64,000 bases of DNA from Octopus sinensis. Taxonomy: Eukaryota. The DNA lies in NCBI RefSeq assembly GCF_006345805.1, contig NC_043003.1:106020001-106084000 (forward strand), given 5' to 3'. A program made the position numbers and the translations under genes. Below are positions 62,426 through 64,000 of this stretch, one piece after another. The notes under the pieces are model-generated. The model ran no database searches, was not told the DNA's origin, and saw only the letters and a list, made by a program, of their open reading frames with translations. Position 1 is the stretch's first letter, and every line of letters starts with the position of its first letter.

Positions 62426-62929
62426 AAGAGAAATACATAAAAGGAAAGAAGAGCCTCGAGAAAAAGATGAAAGACTTATTATATTTAAATCATACCATTT
62501 TGCCTATGTGTCGCCTCAGGACGTTGCGTAAATGGCTAAACTTAAAATATTAATTGGTGGGTTAATTTTCCTGTGGGGGTAAATTGTCCAAATAGGTACC
62601 TCACTAGGTTTAATGACACTGCGGACGCTGTTTATTCCTTCTCATTGTGCTTGTTTACATGTTTATTTGTTTTTTTTTATTTACAATGTCCTAAGCGGTT
62701 TTGGGGCCATTTACAATATGTACTACTTTTCCATACTTTTATCATCTATTATTCTTTTTATTTATTTACATCTACCCGTATAACGGTCTTAATAGTTTGT
62801 CCTTTGTTTTTAAATTTAACTGACCAATTATATCGAAAACTGGACTTTGGTCAGTCGCATTACGGGCAATAGGCAGTTGGTGTATATACAACATATTAGT
62901 AAGTAAATAATTATAATTAATTGATGGCC

Positions 62930-63330
62930 ACTTTACTCTTTTACTCTTTTACTTGTTTCAGTCATTTGACTGTGGCCATGCTGGAGCACCGCCTTTAGTC
63001 GAGCAAATCGACCCCGGGACTTATTCTTTGTAAGCCCAGTACTTATTCTATCGGTCTCTTTTGCCGAACCGCTAAGTGACGGGGATGTAAACACACCAGC
63101 ATCGATTGTCAAACACAGACACACAAACATATACACACACATACATATATATATATATATACGATAGGCTTCTTTCAGTTTCCGTCTACCAAATCCACTC
63201 CCAAGGCTTTGGTCGGCCCGAGGCTATAGCAGAAGACACTTGCCCAAGATGCCACGCAGTGGGACTGAACCCGGAACCATGTGGTTGGTTAGCAAGCTAC
63301 TTACCACACAGCCACTCCTGCGCCTATATT
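62930..63330 (-). mobile_element. SINE B full length
   Basis: Family B segments. Confidence 0.92.
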
Positions 63331-63627
63331 ATTATGATAAACTATTAATTAGTACTATTAACATAATTTTAAGAACTGTCATGATTATTTCAAAACGTCA
63401 CCGTTTTGGCGTATCCCGTTGAGGTTAATTTTTTATTTTACTTTTTTTATCACTTATACACCCTGTTACCCCCATAGAAAAATTAACCCACCAATTACTA
63501 TTTTAAGTTTAGCCATTTACTCAACGTCCCTAAGCGATACATATGCAAAATGGTATGGTTCAAATATATCAAGACTTTCATCTTTTTCTCGAGACTCTCC
63601 ATTCCTATTCTTTTATGTATTTCTCTT

Positions 63628-63745
63628 CACTCTGATGAAGCTCCATGTTCCAGATCGGATATCATACCAAATATAATGAATATTATTTTCAGAATGTTCA
63701 ATGGCAATACCGTAGACCACTGGAAGCAGAAACAGCTGTTAGATG
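63628..63745 (+). ncRNA. Hammerhead-like motif with about 75-nt stem II insertion
   Basis: CUGAUGA-A-GCUCCA...UGGAAGC-A-GAAA-CAGCUG-UU-AG; extra A on both sides of stem II. Confidence 0.45.
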
Positions 63746-64000
63746 GGATACAGTCTGTTTGTATTAAAAAGTAATAATTGATGTTAGTCAACAGTTGTTA
63801 ATATTTCTCCATTTACTGTTCATATATATATATATATATATGTGAGGGAGTATATGTATCTTTTGTGTGTGAGTGTTTTGCGTGTGAGTGTGTGTTTTGT
63901 GTGTGAATGTGTATATGGGTTTGTTATTTAGGTTTTGGGATGTATGTGTTAATTTGTCTGTGTGGGGAGGGTGGGTTTTTGTGTATATTGAGGTTTATAA

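Larger units (their letters stand above)
62233..63820. mobile_element. About 350-bp inverted repeat pair (62233-62583 / 63466-63820), PLE-type
   Basis: Arms align as reverse complements with scattered mismatches; SINE B lies in the spacer. Confidence 0.7.

Overview
AT-rich, repeat-dense animal genomic DNA. The SINE and microsatellite content looks like a coleoid cephalopod, probably Octopus (inference). There is one protein-coding gene, on the minus strand. Ten exons between 42210 and 2623 have canonical AG/GT sites and compatible phases, and splice into an uninterrupted 472-codon frame. The product has Cys-rich D-C-x-G-x-C repeats, then IPT/TIG-like modules, then a region resembling the ectodomain entry into the REJ/PKD module of polycystin-like proteins. 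Both ends of the gene are unresolved: the 3' part runs off the left edge. The introns hold four tRNA-derived SINE families (one as a head-to-tail pentamer), LINE fragments (Tx1/L1, RTE, R4/Dong, CR1/Jockey-like), Penelope-like element (PLE) remnants, mariner/Tc1 relics, TIR elements with 8- and 9-bp target duplications, Helentron-like elements and microsatellites. The most notable unannotated signal is about ten hammerhead-ribozyme motifs in PLE terminal repeats. They include one fully canonical copy, a family with a shared A6U core change, long-stem-II variants and perfect palindromes. Within the confirmed gene span, every copy with a complete core lies antisense to the host gene. Most ORFs in the supplied track are microsatellite or SINE artefacts. 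Coordinates of degenerate repeats are approximate.
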